From the NCBI GenBank assembly GCA_023245195.1, contig JAHFKU010000001.1:27662-91661 (forward strand): a DNA stretch of 64,000 nucleotides, read 5' to 3'. The notes beneath the pieces were generated by a model. The model searched no databases. It saw nothing but the letters and a program-made list of their open reading frames with translations, and was not told the DNA's origin. Shown in pieces: positions 7,634 to 16,998 of this stretch. This DNA comes from Candidatus Staskawiczbacteria bacterium. GTDB taxonomy: Bacteria > Patescibacteriota > Minisyncoccia > Minisyncoccales > Staskawiczbacteraceae. The position numbers and the translations under genes were made by a program. Positions within the stretch are counted from its first letter, which is position 1. Each line of letters starts with the position of its first letter.

Positions 7634-9325
7634 ATGAAAAAAATACTTTTTTTTGCCATTGTTTTTTTGGTGTTATTTCCGATAGCCAATGTAAAAGCCG
7701 CCAATGCCGGAGACATGGTGAATTTTAATGTAGATAAAAATTATGATGTAACTGCCAGGTCCCAAGTTACGGCATTGTTAGTTAAAACGGTTCCCAATCT
7801 CTATTTTTATATTGAAAAAAGTTGGTGGGATGCCCAGAGCTTGTCCCGGCAAAATGAAGTCTTGCATAATTTAGATGGTCTTTCTCAAGAATTTAATGAT
7901 AAGATATATCCCACGTTAACTTCATTCTACGGCTTTGAAGCAAGACCAGGGATTGATAGCGATAATAACATTACTATTTTATTTGAATCAGTTAATAATA
8001 ATCTTGGGGGATATTTTCGTTCGGCGGATGAATACAGTAAATTACAAGCTCCTGATTCCAGTGAACGGGAAATGCTTTACTTGCCAATTGCCCAAATTGA
8101 TAGCGCCCAGCTTAAGGTATTTTTAGCCCATGAGTTTGTTCATCTTATTGAGGCCAATCAAAAAGAACGGTTAAAAGGAGTCCAAGAAGAAGTTTGGTTA
8201 AGTGAAGCTAGGTCAGATTATGCATCGACTCTTTTGGGCTATGACGACACTTACGAAGGTAGTAATTTACAGCGGAGAGTGCAGGATTTTTTAAGCCAGC
8301 CGGGTGATTCTTTAACCGAGTGGCAGGGCACCAAATACGATTATGCGATTGAAAGCGTATTTATGCATTATCTGGTTGATCACTATGGGGTTGCCGTTTT
8401 GACTGATTCTTTGCATTCAAAATTAACTGGCATTCCAAGCCTTAACGAGGTGCTTGCCAAAAATGGGGCCCAAGAAACCTTTTCCCAGATTTTTGCCAAT
8501 TGGACAATATCAGTCGTTTTGAATAACTGCACCAATGGCGTAAAATACTGTTTTATCAATAAGAATTTAAGTAGTTTAAAAATAAATCCCAATTTAATTT
8601 TCTTGCCCTTGGTGGGCAGCAGTTCGCTTTCTATATCTAACGCTGTCAAAGATTGGGCAGGGAGTTGGCAAAAAATCATCGGTGGCAGCGGAGATTTAAC
8701 CTTAGAATTTTCGGGGCTTGGCGGCCTGGTTTTTAAGGTGCCCTATATTATCTACGATAAAAATAACACCTATACGGTCAATTTTTTAAATCTCGATAAA
8801 GATGGCAAAGGCCAAATTGATATTAAAAATTTTGGCAGCCGGTATAATTCTTTAGTTATCATGCCTTCGCTCCAATCAAAAATTTCTGGGTTTGGCGGGG
8901 CTGAAATCGCCCGTTCATATTCTTTTGTCGTTTCTATTACTGGCGATATCGTCCAAGAAAATCCCGCTTCAGTAAAGGATTTACTGGCGCAAATAGATGC
9001 CCTAAAAAAACAGATTGCTTTGTTGGAGCAAGGTAAAACACCGGCCGCATGCACCGCCATAACCGGCAATCTTGTTATCGGAATGGCGGGCAGCCAGGTA
9101 ACTTGCCTACAACAGTTTCTAAAAACGCAGGGGCCTGATATATATCCGGAGGGGCTGGTTACCGGGTTTTTTGGTAATTTGACAAAAATGGCCGTTATGC
9201 GTTTCCAGGAAAAATATAAGGCTGAAGTGTTGGCGCCTATTAACCTTTTGCAAGGCACGGGGTTTGTTGGAATATTAACCCGCCAGAAAATAAATCAATT
9301 ATTAAAATTTACCCCCACACCATAA
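7634..9325 (+). CDS. Secreted protein with a possible HExxH (HEFVH) motif and a C-terminal peptidoglycan-binding domain
   Basis: N-terminal signal peptide; HEFVHL motif; C-terminus CLQQFLKTQG...GFFGNLTKMAVMRFQEKY matches the PG_binding_1 pattern. Confidence 0.5.
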   Translation: MKKILFFAIVFLVLFPIANVKAANAGDMVNFNVDKNYDVTARSQVTALLVKTVPNLYFYIEKSWWDAQSLSRQNEVLHNLDGLSQEFNDKIYPTLTSFYGFEARPGIDSDNNITILFESVNNNLGGYFRSADEYSKLQAPDSSEREMLYLPIAQIDSAQLKVFLAHEFVHLIEANQKERLKGVQEEVWLSEARSDYASTLLGYDDTYEGSNLQRRVQDFLSQPGDSLTEWQGTKYDYAIESVFMHYLVDHYGVAVLTDSLHSKLTGIPSLNEVLAKNGAQETFSQIFANWTISVVLNNCTNGVKYCFINKNLSSLKINPNLIFLPLVGSSSLSISNAVKDWAGSWQKIIGGSGDLTLEFSGLGGLVFKVPYIIYDKNNTYTVNFLNLDKDGKGQIDIKNFGSRYNSLVIMPSLQSKISGFGGAEIARSYSFVVSITGDIVQENPASVKDLLAQIDALKKQIALLEQGKTPAACTAITGNLVIGMAGSQVTCLQQFLKTQGPDIYPEGLVTGFFGNLTKMAVMRFQEKYKAEVLAPINLLQGTGFVGILTRQKINQLLKFTPTP

Positions 9326-9404
9326 CGATAGCAAGAATACAAAATAATTTAAATTAAAAAATATAATTACCAGCGAATGAAAATTCACAATAACTTCGTT
9401 TGGT

Positions 9405-10379
9405 GTGGGGGTGAAAGATAATATTTTTGAAGCATTAAGAAAAGAGCTTCCTGGAGTAAAAAGAAATGTGTTGCTGAAATATCACACTACGTTTAAGATT
9501 GGCGGGCCGGCTAACTATTTTTTTATTGCCAAAGAAAGGGAATTGTTATTAAAAGGCATTAGGTTGGCTAAACAATATAAGTTGCCGGTGTTTGTTATGG
9601 GGGGCGGAAGCAATTTGTTAGTTTCTGATAAAGGATTTTCTGGATTGGTGATAAAAATCCAGTTTACCAAATGGGATTTGGCTCAAGATGATATTATCGT
9701 ATCCGAGGCCGGAGTCATGATGAAGGATTTAGTGAGTGCGTCAGTAAAACAAGGTTTGGCGGGCTTGGAATGGGCCGGGGGTTTGCCGGGAACTTTGGGC
9801 GGAGCGATCAGGGGAAACGCCGGAGCGTTTGGCGGTGAAATAAAAGATTCCGTAGTAGAAGTGTTGGCCTTAGATAATAAGCTAACTTTAAAAAAACTTT
9901 CAAATAAACAGTGCAAGTTTTCATACCGCTCTTCCATTTTTAAAGAAAAAAACTGGATGGTGCTTTTCGCCAAATTGCAAGGTAAAAAAGGCGACAAAAA
10001 AAATCTTGCAGCTATTGCCAGTTCCCACATTAATTACCGTAAAGAAAAACATCCTTTGGAATATCCCAATGCCGGATCGGTTTTTAAGAATGTCGATGTC
10101 AAAAAGCTTTCCCCTAAAGTCCAAATGTTATTTTTAGATAAAGTCAAAAAAGATCCATTTCCTATTGTGCCTTCGGCCTGGCTCATTATTGGCGCCGGCC
10201 TGACTGGCAAGAAAATAGGAAGGGCGCAAATTTCACAAAAGCACTCAAATTACATTGTTAACCTGGGCGGCGCAACCGCAAAAGAGGTATTGGCATTAAT
10301 AGATTTTGCTAAAAAAACCATCAAAAAAAAATACGGGGTGGTCTTAGAACAAGAAATACAATATCTAAATAACAATTAA
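9405..10379 (+). CDS. murB: UDP-N-acetylenolpyruvoylglucosamine reductase MurB (GTG start)
   Basis: FAD-binding domain (KIGGPANYF, GGGSNLL) and the MurB C-terminal domain. Confidence 0.85.
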   Translation: MGVKDNIFEALRKELPGVKRNVLLKYHTTFKIGGPANYFFIAKERELLLKGIRLAKQYKLPVFVMGGGSNLLVSDKGFSGLVIKIQFTKWDLAQDDIIVSEAGVMMKDLVSASVKQGLAGLEWAGGLPGTLGGAIRGNAGAFGGEIKDSVVEVLALDNKLTLKKLSNKQCKFSYRSSIFKEKNWMVLFAKLQGKKGDKKNLAAIASSHINYRKEKHPLEYPNAGSVFKNVDVKKLSPKVQMLFLDKVKKDPFPIVPSAWLIIGAGLTGKKIGRAQISQKHSNYIVNLGGATAKEVLALIDFAKKTIKKKYGVVLEQEIQYLNNN

Positions 10380-10453
10380 CCATTAACATTTGACCATTGA
10401 CAGGCGACGGTGACGTTGTCAATTGTTAATTGTCAAATGTCAATTGTTGCATT

Positions 10454-10801
10454 ATGCAAATTATTATTAAGACTAAAAATATCGAGCTTACGCCTTCGCT
10501 CGAAAATTTTATTAATGGTAAAATCGGCAAATTAGGAAAGTTTTTATTTGATGGCGCCGAATTGTTTGTTGAAATAGAACGGGAAACTTCGCACCATAAA
10601 AAAGGAGAGGTATTTTTTGCCGAGGCTATTGTTTCTTTGCCTGGTAAAAAATTAATATCCCAAGCCAAGGGCGACGACTTGGGCAAAGCTATTACCGAAG
10701 TTAAAGAAGAATTGGAAATAGAAATTAAAAAGTATAAACTCAAGAAAATTGAATTACCCAGGCGCAAAGCCAAAAAATCCCAGAACGAAGAAATTTTTTG
10801 A
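10454..10801 (+). CDS. hpf: Ribosome hibernation promoting factor / RaiA family
   Basis: MQIIIKTKNIELTPSLENFI...VEIERE...HKKGEVFFAEA is typical of HPF/YfiA. The track begins at a TTG at 10430. Confidence 0.8.
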   Translation: MQIIIKTKNIELTPSLENFINGKIGKLGKFLFDGAELFVEIERETSHHKKGEVFFAEAIVSLPGKKLISQAKGDDLGKAITEVKEELEIEIKKYKLKKIELPRRKAKKSQNEEIF

Positions 10802-10875
10802 CAAATTTTTAATTCTAGTCTAGGATTAGACTCAGTTCTTAGTTCGTTGGCAATCAAAGTTACAAGGAGGTTTCG

Positions 10876-11112
10876 ATGATCAAGAAAGTGAAGATGATTC
10901 AGATCGTCCAGGAAGCGTCGTCTTTTTTCATGCCGATGCTTTGTGCTTTGCTCTTTGGTTTTGGAACTTTTGTCATGACCATCACTTTGATTGACCAGAA
11001 AAGTTTAGGTACGGGACTTGTCATTTTTCTATGCGTTTTCGGGATTTTCTTGATCTTTTTTAGCATGGAAATGTTCATTCGTAGTTTAACCTGTGGTGTT
11101 GAGTGTGATTAA
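10876..11112 (+). CDS. Small two-TM membrane protein, hypothetical
   Basis: 78 aa and hydrophobic; preceded by a strong SD (ACAAGGAGGTTTCGATG) that is atypical for this genome; mildly GC-enriched. Confidence 0.35.
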   Translation: MIKKVKMIQIVQEASSFFMPMLCALLFGFGTFVMTITLIDQKSLGTGLVIFLCVFGIFLIFFSMEMFIRSLTCGVECD

Positions 11113-11222
11113 GCCATGATGCTAATTTTTCATAAAAAGAAGAATTACTATTGTTTGCCCCAACTCTTTAACAAGAGTTTTTTTATTGCTAAAAAGGTGA
11201 TTTTTGGGTAGAGTTACTGTAC

Positions 11223-13703
11223 ATGTCTATTTTTACTAAATTATTCGGAGATGCTAACGAAAAACAGATCAAAAATCTGGAGCCTTTGGTTTTGAAAATA
11301 AATTCTTTTGAGCCGGAATTACAAAAACTAACCAATGAGCAATTAAAAGAAAAAACCCAAGAATTTAAAGAGCGGCTGGCAGGGAGCCTGCCTGCCGGCA
11401 GGCAGGAAACGTTAGACGACTTACTGCCGGAAGCTTTTGCCGTGGTGCGCGAGGCCGGAAAAAGAACCCTCAATCAGCGTCATTTTGATGTCCAATTAAT
11501 CGGCGGAATCGTGTTGCACCAGGGAAAGGTGGCAGAAATGAGAACTGGTGAAGGCAAAACCCTGTCTGCCACTCTGCCAGCTTATCTTAATGCTTTAGAA
11601 GGCAAAGGGGTGCATATTGTGACCGTTAACGATTACCTGGCCAAGCGAGACATGATTTGGATGGGCCAAATTTACGGGGCTTTGGGCCTTACCACCGGAT
11701 GTGTTGCCGCCGAATCTGCCTATGTGTATGATGCGTTACATGTAGATACTCAAAAAGATCAGGAGCGTGATGTTGTTGGCGGATTTAAAGTAGTACAAAA
11801 TTTCTTAAAACCAGCGACAAAAAAAGAAGCCTACCAAGCTGACATAACTTATGGTACCAACAATGAATTCGGTTTTGATTATTTACGAGACAACATGGTC
11901 TATGATTTGGGCCAGCAAGTCCAGCGCGGTCATCATTTTGTTATTGTCGATGAAGTAGATTCAGTTTTAATTGACGAAGCGCGCGTGCCATTGATTATTT
12001 CGGGGCAGGCGGAAGATGCATCAGATAAATATTATCAATTTGCAAAAATCGTCAGCCGTTTGCAAAAAGAGGTAGATTACGTTTTGGATGAAAAATTAAA
12101 AGCGGTTAATTTTACTGAAGAAGGCCAAAACAAAGTGGTGAAAAGCTTGGGCCTGGATCCTTGGCAAGACAATGATATTACCGCAACCCATCAGTTGGAA
12201 TCCGCCCTAAAAGCCAAAACCCTCTTTTTAAAAGACCGGGATTATGTTACTAAGGGCGGCGAAATTATGATTATCGACGAATTTACGGGCAGGATGTTGC
12301 CGGGCCGCCGCTGGTCTGCCGGGCTTCACCAGGCCGTAGAAGCAAAAGAGGGCGTCAAAATTCAGGCCGAATCGGTAACTTTAGCAACCATTACCTTTCA
12401 AAATTATTTCAGGCTTTATAAAAAAATTTCCGGCATGACCGGAACCGCGATAACTTCGGCTGAAGAATTAGACAAAGTATACAAGTTAGATGTCGTAATT
12501 ATTCCTACCCACAAAGGGGTGGCGCGCCAGGATTTTGCTGACAAAATTTTTAAAACTGAAGAAGGAAAATTTAAAGCCGTGATAAATCAAATCAAAGAAT
12601 TGCACCAAAAAGGCCAGCCGGTGCTGGTGGGAACTCGATCGGTAGAACGGAATGAATTTTTAGGAAAGTTGCTACAGATGGAAGGAATACCCCATCAAAT
12701 GTTAAATGCCAAAAACCACGAACGTGAAGGAGAAATTATCGCTCAAGCCGGAAAAATGGGCGCCGTGACCATTGCTACCAATATGGCCGGGCGTGGAGTG
12801 GACATTATTTTAGGCGGTAATCCGCCAAGCCTTGAAGACGCCAAAAAAATTAAGGATTTGGGTGGATTGTATGTGCTGGGCACTGAAAGGCACGATGCCC
12901 GAAGAATTGATAACCAATTGCGGGGGCGGGCGGGGCGACAGGGGGATCAAGGAGCTTCACAATTTTTTGTTTCGCTGGAAGATGATTTAATGCGTATTTT
13001 TGGCGGCGATCGGATAAAGTCAATTATGACGGCCCTTAAGGTTCCTGACGACGAACCAATTCAGGCCAATATGATTTCAGGGGCGCTGGAATCCGCCCAG
13101 CAAAAGATTGAAGGGTTTAATTTTGATGCCCGCCACCATGTTTTGGAATATGATGATGTTATGAATAAGCACCGGGAAATAATATACAAAAAACGGATGG
13201 CGTTTCTTGAAAATCCGGTATCGTCATTGCGAGCCTTGGCAGAGGCGCGGCAATCTGCGCCAAATTTTATTGGTGAATTAGCAAAGAAAGAAAAAGAATT
13301 GGGCGAAGAAAATTTCAAGCAATTATCCAAGCTCGTTGGTTTAAGGGCCATAGATCTGCTTTGGCAAGAACATTTAAGTAACATGGAACACATGCGCGAG
13401 TCAGTAAAATTACGGGCGTATGGCGGTAAAGATCCTTTGGTAGAATATAAAAATGAGGGGCGAAAATTATTTACGCAACTGTTGGAAGAAATAGACGGAA
13501 CAATTGCAAATAATATTTTAACTGCAAGTTTGAATGTTAATGCAAATCAAAACGTCATTGCGAGCACCGCGCCTGCGGGCGCGGTGCGTGGCAATCCAGA
13601 AGAAGTCGGCCGAAACGAAGAATGTCCGTGCGGTTCGGGCAAAAAATGGAAGCGCTGCGGGATGATAAATAGCCAGGAACATCAAAAAAACATGCCACGC
13701 TAA
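11223..13703 (+). CDS. secA: Preprotein translocase ATPase SecA
   Basis: Full-length SecA with DEAD motor motifs and a C-terminal zinc-binding tail CPCGSGKKWKRCG. Confidence 0.95.
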   Translation: MSIFTKLFGDANEKQIKNLEPLVLKINSFEPELQKLTNEQLKEKTQEFKERLAGSLPAGRQETLDDLLPEAFAVVREAGKRTLNQRHFDVQLIGGIVLHQGKVAEMRTGEGKTLSATLPAYLNALEGKGVHIVTVNDYLAKRDMIWMGQIYGALGLTTGCVAAESAYVYDALHVDTQKDQERDVVGGFKVVQNFLKPATKKEAYQADITYGTNNEFGFDYLRDNMVYDLGQQVQRGHHFVIVDEVDSVLIDEARVPLIISGQAEDASDKYYQFAKIVSRLQKEVDYVLDEKLKAVNFTEEGQNKVVKSLGLDPWQDNDITATHQLESALKAKTLFLKDRDYVTKGGEIMIIDEFTGRMLPGRRWSAGLHQAVEAKEGVKIQAESVTLATITFQNYFRLYKKISGMTGTAITSAEELDKVYKLDVVIIPTHKGVARQDFADKIFKTEEGKFKAVINQIKELHQKGQPVLVGTRSVERNEFLGKLLQMEGIPHQMLNAKNHEREGEIIAQAGKMGAVTIATNMAGRGVDIILGGNPPSLEDAKKIKDLGGLYVLGTERHDARRIDNQLRGRAGRQGDQGASQFFVSLEDDLMRIFGGDRIKSIMTALKVPDDEPIQANMISGALESAQQKIEGFNFDARHHVLEYDDVMNKHREIIYKKRMAFLENPVSSLRALAEARQSAPNFIGELAKKEKELGEENFKQLSKLVGLRAIDLLWQEHLSNMEHMRESVKLRAYGGKDPLVEYKNEGRKLFTQLLEEIDGTIANNILTASLNVNANQNVIASTAPAGAVRGNPEEVGRNEECPCGSGKKWKRCGMINSQEHQKNMPR

Positions 13704-13729
13704 GCGTGGCTAAACCCCGCTAAGCGGGG
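13694..13729 (+). terminator. Twin hairpins after secA with the stop codon in the first loop (GCCACGCTAAGCGTGGC ... CCCCGCTAAGCGGGG)
   Basis: Two perfect GC stems sharing a CGCTAAGCG core; the TAA stop is at 13701-13703. Confidence 0.55.
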
Positions 13730-13742
13730 TGGCAAAAATAAT

Positions 13743-14189
13743 ATGGAAAAGAAATTTACTATCGGTGTCTTTGGTTTTATTTTCAACGTAAAAAGAGAAG
13801 TCTTGCTATGCCATCGCCGTGATTATGATTTATGGAATCCGCCTGGGGGTCAGTTGGAAAACGGGGAATCCCCTTGGCAAGGAGTGGTAAGAGAATTAAA
13901 AGAAGAAACAGGCTTGGATGTTATTGTTGAAAGGTTGACAGGAGTTTATTCGAAATTAGAAAAAAATGATATTGTTTTTGCTTTTCTTTGTAAAGAAGTA
14001 GGTGGTAAAATCACGTTAAATGATGAAGCTGATGAAATTAAATATTTTCCGGTTGATAAATTACCCTACCATATTTCACCAAAACAGGTAGAAAGGTTAA
14101 CCGATTTATTAGAAAACAAAGAAATTACTTTAAGGGTTCAAGATAGTGTCTCGTCGGTTGAGTTATTTAAATTAAAGAAATTGAAGTAG
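13743..14189 (+). CDS. NUDIX hydrolase
   Basis: Nudix box GGQLENGESPWQGVVRELKEETGL. Confidence 0.8.
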   Translation: MEKKFTIGVFGFIFNVKREVLLCHRRDYDLWNPPGGQLENGESPWQGVVRELKEETGLDVIVERLTGVYSKLEKNDIVFAFLCKEVGGKITLNDEADEIKYFPVDKLPYHISPKQVERLTDLLENKEITLRVQDSVSSVELFKLKKLK

Positions 14190-14200
14190 ATTTTTCTGAT

Positions 14201-14638
14201 ATGAAAACTGTTAGAGAATTAATAAAAGAAGTTTTGGAAAAAGGATATTTGATGAGCTTGGGAACAATAGACGACGGGGGAATTTGGGTTTCTGACGTGA
14301 TCTATATTTTTGATGATGATTTTACTATTTTTTGGATGTCAGACCCCGATTGCCGGCACTCAAAAGCCATTTTAAAAAATCCAAAAGTGGCAGGAACCAT
14401 TACCGTGAATTTACCAAAAGAAAATAATTTGGGAATCCAGTTTGAAGGTGTGGCGGAAAAAATTGATGGCGCAAGATTTGATCTGGCAAAAAAGCATTAT
14501 GCAAAAAGAAAAAAACCAGAACCAAAAGAAACAGACAATGTATTGCAGGGGGATTCTTGGTATCTGCTTAAACCAAAAAAGATTGAACTAATTTGCGAAG
14601 AATTTTTTGGTTTTGAAAAGCAGAGGTTAAAATTATAA
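14201..14638 (+). CDS. Pyridoxamine 5'-phosphate oxidase-like FMN-binding split-barrel protein
   Basis: Size and pattern fit general stress protein 26 / PNPOx-like proteins; weak. Confidence 0.4.
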   Translation: MKTVRELIKEVLEKGYLMSLGTIDDGGIWVSDVIYIFDDDFTIFWMSDPDCRHSKAILKNPKVAGTITVNLPKENNLGIQFEGVAEKIDGARFDLAKKHYAKRKKPEPKETDNVLQGDSWYLLKPKKIELICEEFFGFEKQRLKL

Positions 14639-14642
14639 TGTT

Positions 14643-15062
14643 ATGGAAAAGAAAAGAAATGTATCAATTTTAATTCCATATAAAATAGAAAACCAAAGTC
14701 TTTTTGTATTTTTACAAAAACGAGAAAAAAATAGAAAAGTGTTACCAGGATATTTCGCTTTTTTTGGCGGTAAAATAGAAGAAGGTGAAACTTCCGAGCA
14801 GGCCTTAGAACGTGAAATACAGGAAGAGTTATGTTTTATGCCAAAAGGATATGAGTTTTTCGGTAAATATGATTTCACTGATTGGGCCGCAAATGTATAT
14901 TTTTTGAAAGTTAGCAATAATTTTGAAAAAGAAATAAGTGTTGTGGAGGGCGAATACGGCAATTTTTTTTCAGAGGATGAAATAAAAAATGAATCAATGA
15001 TTGCTAGCCACGATAAGGATATTCTGGGGGATTTTTATAGATTATTAAATACCAAAAAATAA
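14643..15062 (+). CDS. NUDIX hydrolase
   Basis: Nudix box FFGGKIEEGETSEQALEREIQEEL. Confidence 0.7.
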   Translation: MEKKRNVSILIPYKIENQSLFVFLQKREKNRKVLPGYFAFFGGKIEEGETSEQALEREIQEELCFMPKGYEFFGKYDFTDWAANVYFLKVSNNFEKEISVVEGEYGNFFSEDEIKNESMIASHDKDILGDFYRLLNTKK

Positions 15063-15943
15063 TGGACAAAAAAATATTGTATATCTCATTTTTAATCTTA
15101 ATTTTGGCCGGGTTTTGGGTCGGCTTTATCTATAGGGAAAACATTTTGGGATTATATCATAATGCTGCCAAAAATGTGGAACAATTTAAAAAAACGGATT
15201 TAGGAAACACTATTAATGAATTTACCAAAGAAATTTTTGCCCCGGGCCCGCTAAAAATCGGGGGACAAGAAAATAGTGTTGTTTTAACCAAGGCTAAAAT
15301 CATCGCTCAAACTAATATCCAGCGCTACGATAATGGTTCATTGCCGCCACTAATTGAAAATGCAAAACTTAACGCAGCAGCCCTGGCAAAGGCCAACGAT
15401 ATTTTCAAACGCCAATATTTTGAGCACGTTTCGCCTTCAGGAGTCGGGCCGGGAGATTTAGTTCTGAGTTTTGGCTACGAATACATTGTTTCAGGGGAAA
15501 ACTTAATATTGGGAAATTTTAAAGATGAAGCGGAAGTAGTGGGAAAATGGATGGCCAGCCCCGGGCACCGGGCTAATATTTTAAATAACCGATTTACTGA
15601 AATCGGCGTGGCAATTATAAAAGGGACTTACCAGAATCAAACGGTTTGGGTAGGGGTGCAGGAATTTGGTTTGCCATTGTCTAGCTGCGCCCAGCCCAGC
15701 GAAACCGAAAAAGCTGAAATTGAAAATAACAAAATCCAACTAGATGCCATGGCTCTGCAAATAGATGCCAAAAGGGCTGAAATTAATAATACCAATCCAA
15801 GATCCCAAGAATACAACCAAAAAGTTGATGAATATAATGCACTGGTAAATCAATATAACCAGTTAAACCAGATCACCAAAAATCTGATTATCCACTTTAA
15901 CAACCAGGTAAATGATTTCAATAATTGTGTAGCGGGACGCTAA
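15062..15943 (+). CDS. CAP/SCP (PR-1-like) domain secreted protein with C-terminal coiled-coil
   Basis: N-terminal TM/signal; GENLILGNF...WMASPGHRANILNNRFTEIGVAI CAP-domain signature; Q/N-rich tail. Confidence 0.7.
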   Translation: MDKKILYISFLILILAGFWVGFIYRENILGLYHNAAKNVEQFKKTDLGNTINEFTKEIFAPGPLKIGGQENSVVLTKAKIIAQTNIQRYDNGSLPPLIENAKLNAAALAKANDIFKRQYFEHVSPSGVGPGDLVLSFGYEYIVSGENLILGNFKDEAEVVGKWMASPGHRANILNNRFTEIGVAIIKGTYQNQTVWVGVQEFGLPLSSCAQPSETEKAEIENNKIQLDAMALQIDAKRAEINNTNPRSQEYNQKVDEYNALVNQYNQLNQITKNLIIHFNNQVNDFNNCVAGR

Positions 15944-15970
15944 GCGTCCCAGTTGCCCCGCTTAGCGGGG
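15934..15970 (+). terminator. Twin hairpins after the CAP-domain gene with the stop codon in the first loop (GGGACGCTAAGCGTCCC ... CCCCGCTTAGCGGGG)
   Basis: Same architecture and core as the secA 3' module; the TAA stop is at 15941-15943. Confidence 0.55.
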
Positions 15971-15999
15971 CGGGGAAGTAATAGTTTGAAATTAATAAC

Positions 16000-16317
16000 A
16001 TGGAATTAATTGAATTTAAAAAATTTATTAAAGCGCTTGATGAAAAATTAAAGGATGCTAGTTATGATAAAGAAAAAAGAATTTTAGCTAGGACCGTAAA
16101 ATTAAGCGAAGAATTAGGGGAATTAGCTAATGATGTATTGAGTTTTAATGCTGATCAGCGTGATGAGAAACTTGATGCGTATGATGCTAGCAATCTGCCT
16201 CAAGAATTTGCTGATGTTATTATTACAACTCTTTTATTGGCGGAATCTATGGGTGTCGATGTTGAAAAGGGGATAGAAAGTAAAATAGAAAAAATTAAAA
16301 AAAGGTATGAAATATAA
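16000..16317 (+). CDS. MazG-like nucleotide pyrophosphohydrolase
   Basis: [10 protein letters not shown]...[14 protein letters not shown] helical EExxE/D motifs of the all-alpha NTP-PPase family. Confidence 0.55.
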   Translation: MELIEFKKFIKALDEKLKDASYDKEKRILARTVKLSEELGELANDVLSFNADQRDEKLDAYDASNLPQEFADVIITTLLLAESMGVDVEKGIESKIEKIKKRYEI

Positions 16318-16609
16318 TAAGTTAGCCAGAGATAAAATTCCGGAATATATCAAAAGCAAAGGCGAGAAGGTGGTTTTTCATGCGGCTGATGAAAAAGAGT
16401 ATTGGATCAAATTAAAAGAAAAATTTGGTGAAGAAGTGGCCGAATTTTTACAGGCAGAATCTATTAATGAAATGGCAGATGTGTTTGAAGTAATTACCGC
16501 GATTTTAGAAACTAAAAAGTGGAAGCTCGAAGAAGTAATTGAAGTGCAAAAGGAAAAACGCGAAGAAAAGGAAGCTTTCAAAAATAAAATCATTTTAGAC
16601 GAATCATAG
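16307..16609 (+). CDS. MazG/HisE-like nucleotide pyrophosphohydrolase
   Basis: [11 protein letters not shown]...EEVAEFL...EMADVFEVI pattern of MazG-type pyrophosphohydrolases. Confidence 0.5.
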   Translation: MKYNKLARDKIPEYIKSKGEKVVFHAADEKEYWIKLKEKFGEEVAEFLQAESINEMADVFEVITAILETKKWKLEEVIEVQKEKREEKEAFKNKIILDES

Positions 16610-16645
16610 ATTAATTCAGCTACTTTATAGTACAATAGTTACATG

Positions 16646-16667
16646 CTCACATTCTCGAGAATGTGAG
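16646..16667. promoter_or_regulatory. Perfect 22-bp palindrome CTCACATTCTCGAGAATGTGAG upstream of the ArsR-like gene (candidate operator)
   Basis: Perfect dyad 13 nt before the ATG at 16680. Confidence 0.55.
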
Positions 16668-16679
16668 AATTTAAATCAT

Positions 16680-16955
16680 ATGAAAAATTCCAAACAAATA
16701 GAGAGGCACGTAAAAGGAATTGCCAATCATAGAAGAATTGATATTTTGCTTTTGATTTCTCAAGGCAAGGGGATTACTTTAGATAATATTTCAAAAATTT
16801 TAGACTGTAATTTCAAAACTATTTCAGGACACACATTAAAGTTAGTAAATGCGGGTTTGGTAGATAAAAATTATAACGGAAGATATATTTTACATTCAGT
16901 ATCGCCCTACGGAAAAATTTTTGTAAAATTTATTTTGGATTTTAAAAAACTTTAA
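16680..16955 (+). CDS. ArsR/SmtB-like winged-helix transcriptional regulator
   Basis: HRRIDILLLISQGKGITLDNISKILDCNFKTISGHTLKLVNAGLV helix-turn-helix pattern; perfect palindromes flank the gene. Confidence 0.6.
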   Translation: MKNSKQIERHVKGIANHRRIDILLLISQGKGITLDNISKILDCNFKTISGHTLKLVNAGLVDKNYNGRYILHSVSPYGKIFVKFILDFKKL

Positions 16956-16964
16956 TGATACATG

Positions 16965-16984
16965 CTTATATTCTCGAGAATGTG
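16965..16984. promoter_or_regulatory. Second copy of the operator-like palindrome (ATATTCTCGAGAATGTGGGC) upstream of the MutT-like NUDIX gene
   Basis: Shares CATGCT.A.ATTCTCGAGAATGTG.G with the first site; 15 nt before the ATG at 16999. Confidence 0.5.
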
Positions 16985-16998
16985 GGCATATTAGTAAG

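Noticed and set aside
9311-9415. Inverted repeat TTTACCCCCACACC / GGTGTGGGGGTGAAA bridging the 3' end of gene 7634-9325 and the murB GTG start
   Set aside because: The arms are only ~11 bp, separated by ~75 nt of AT-rich sequence, and both lie in coding sequence. It is likely coincidental, though it could occlude the murB start.
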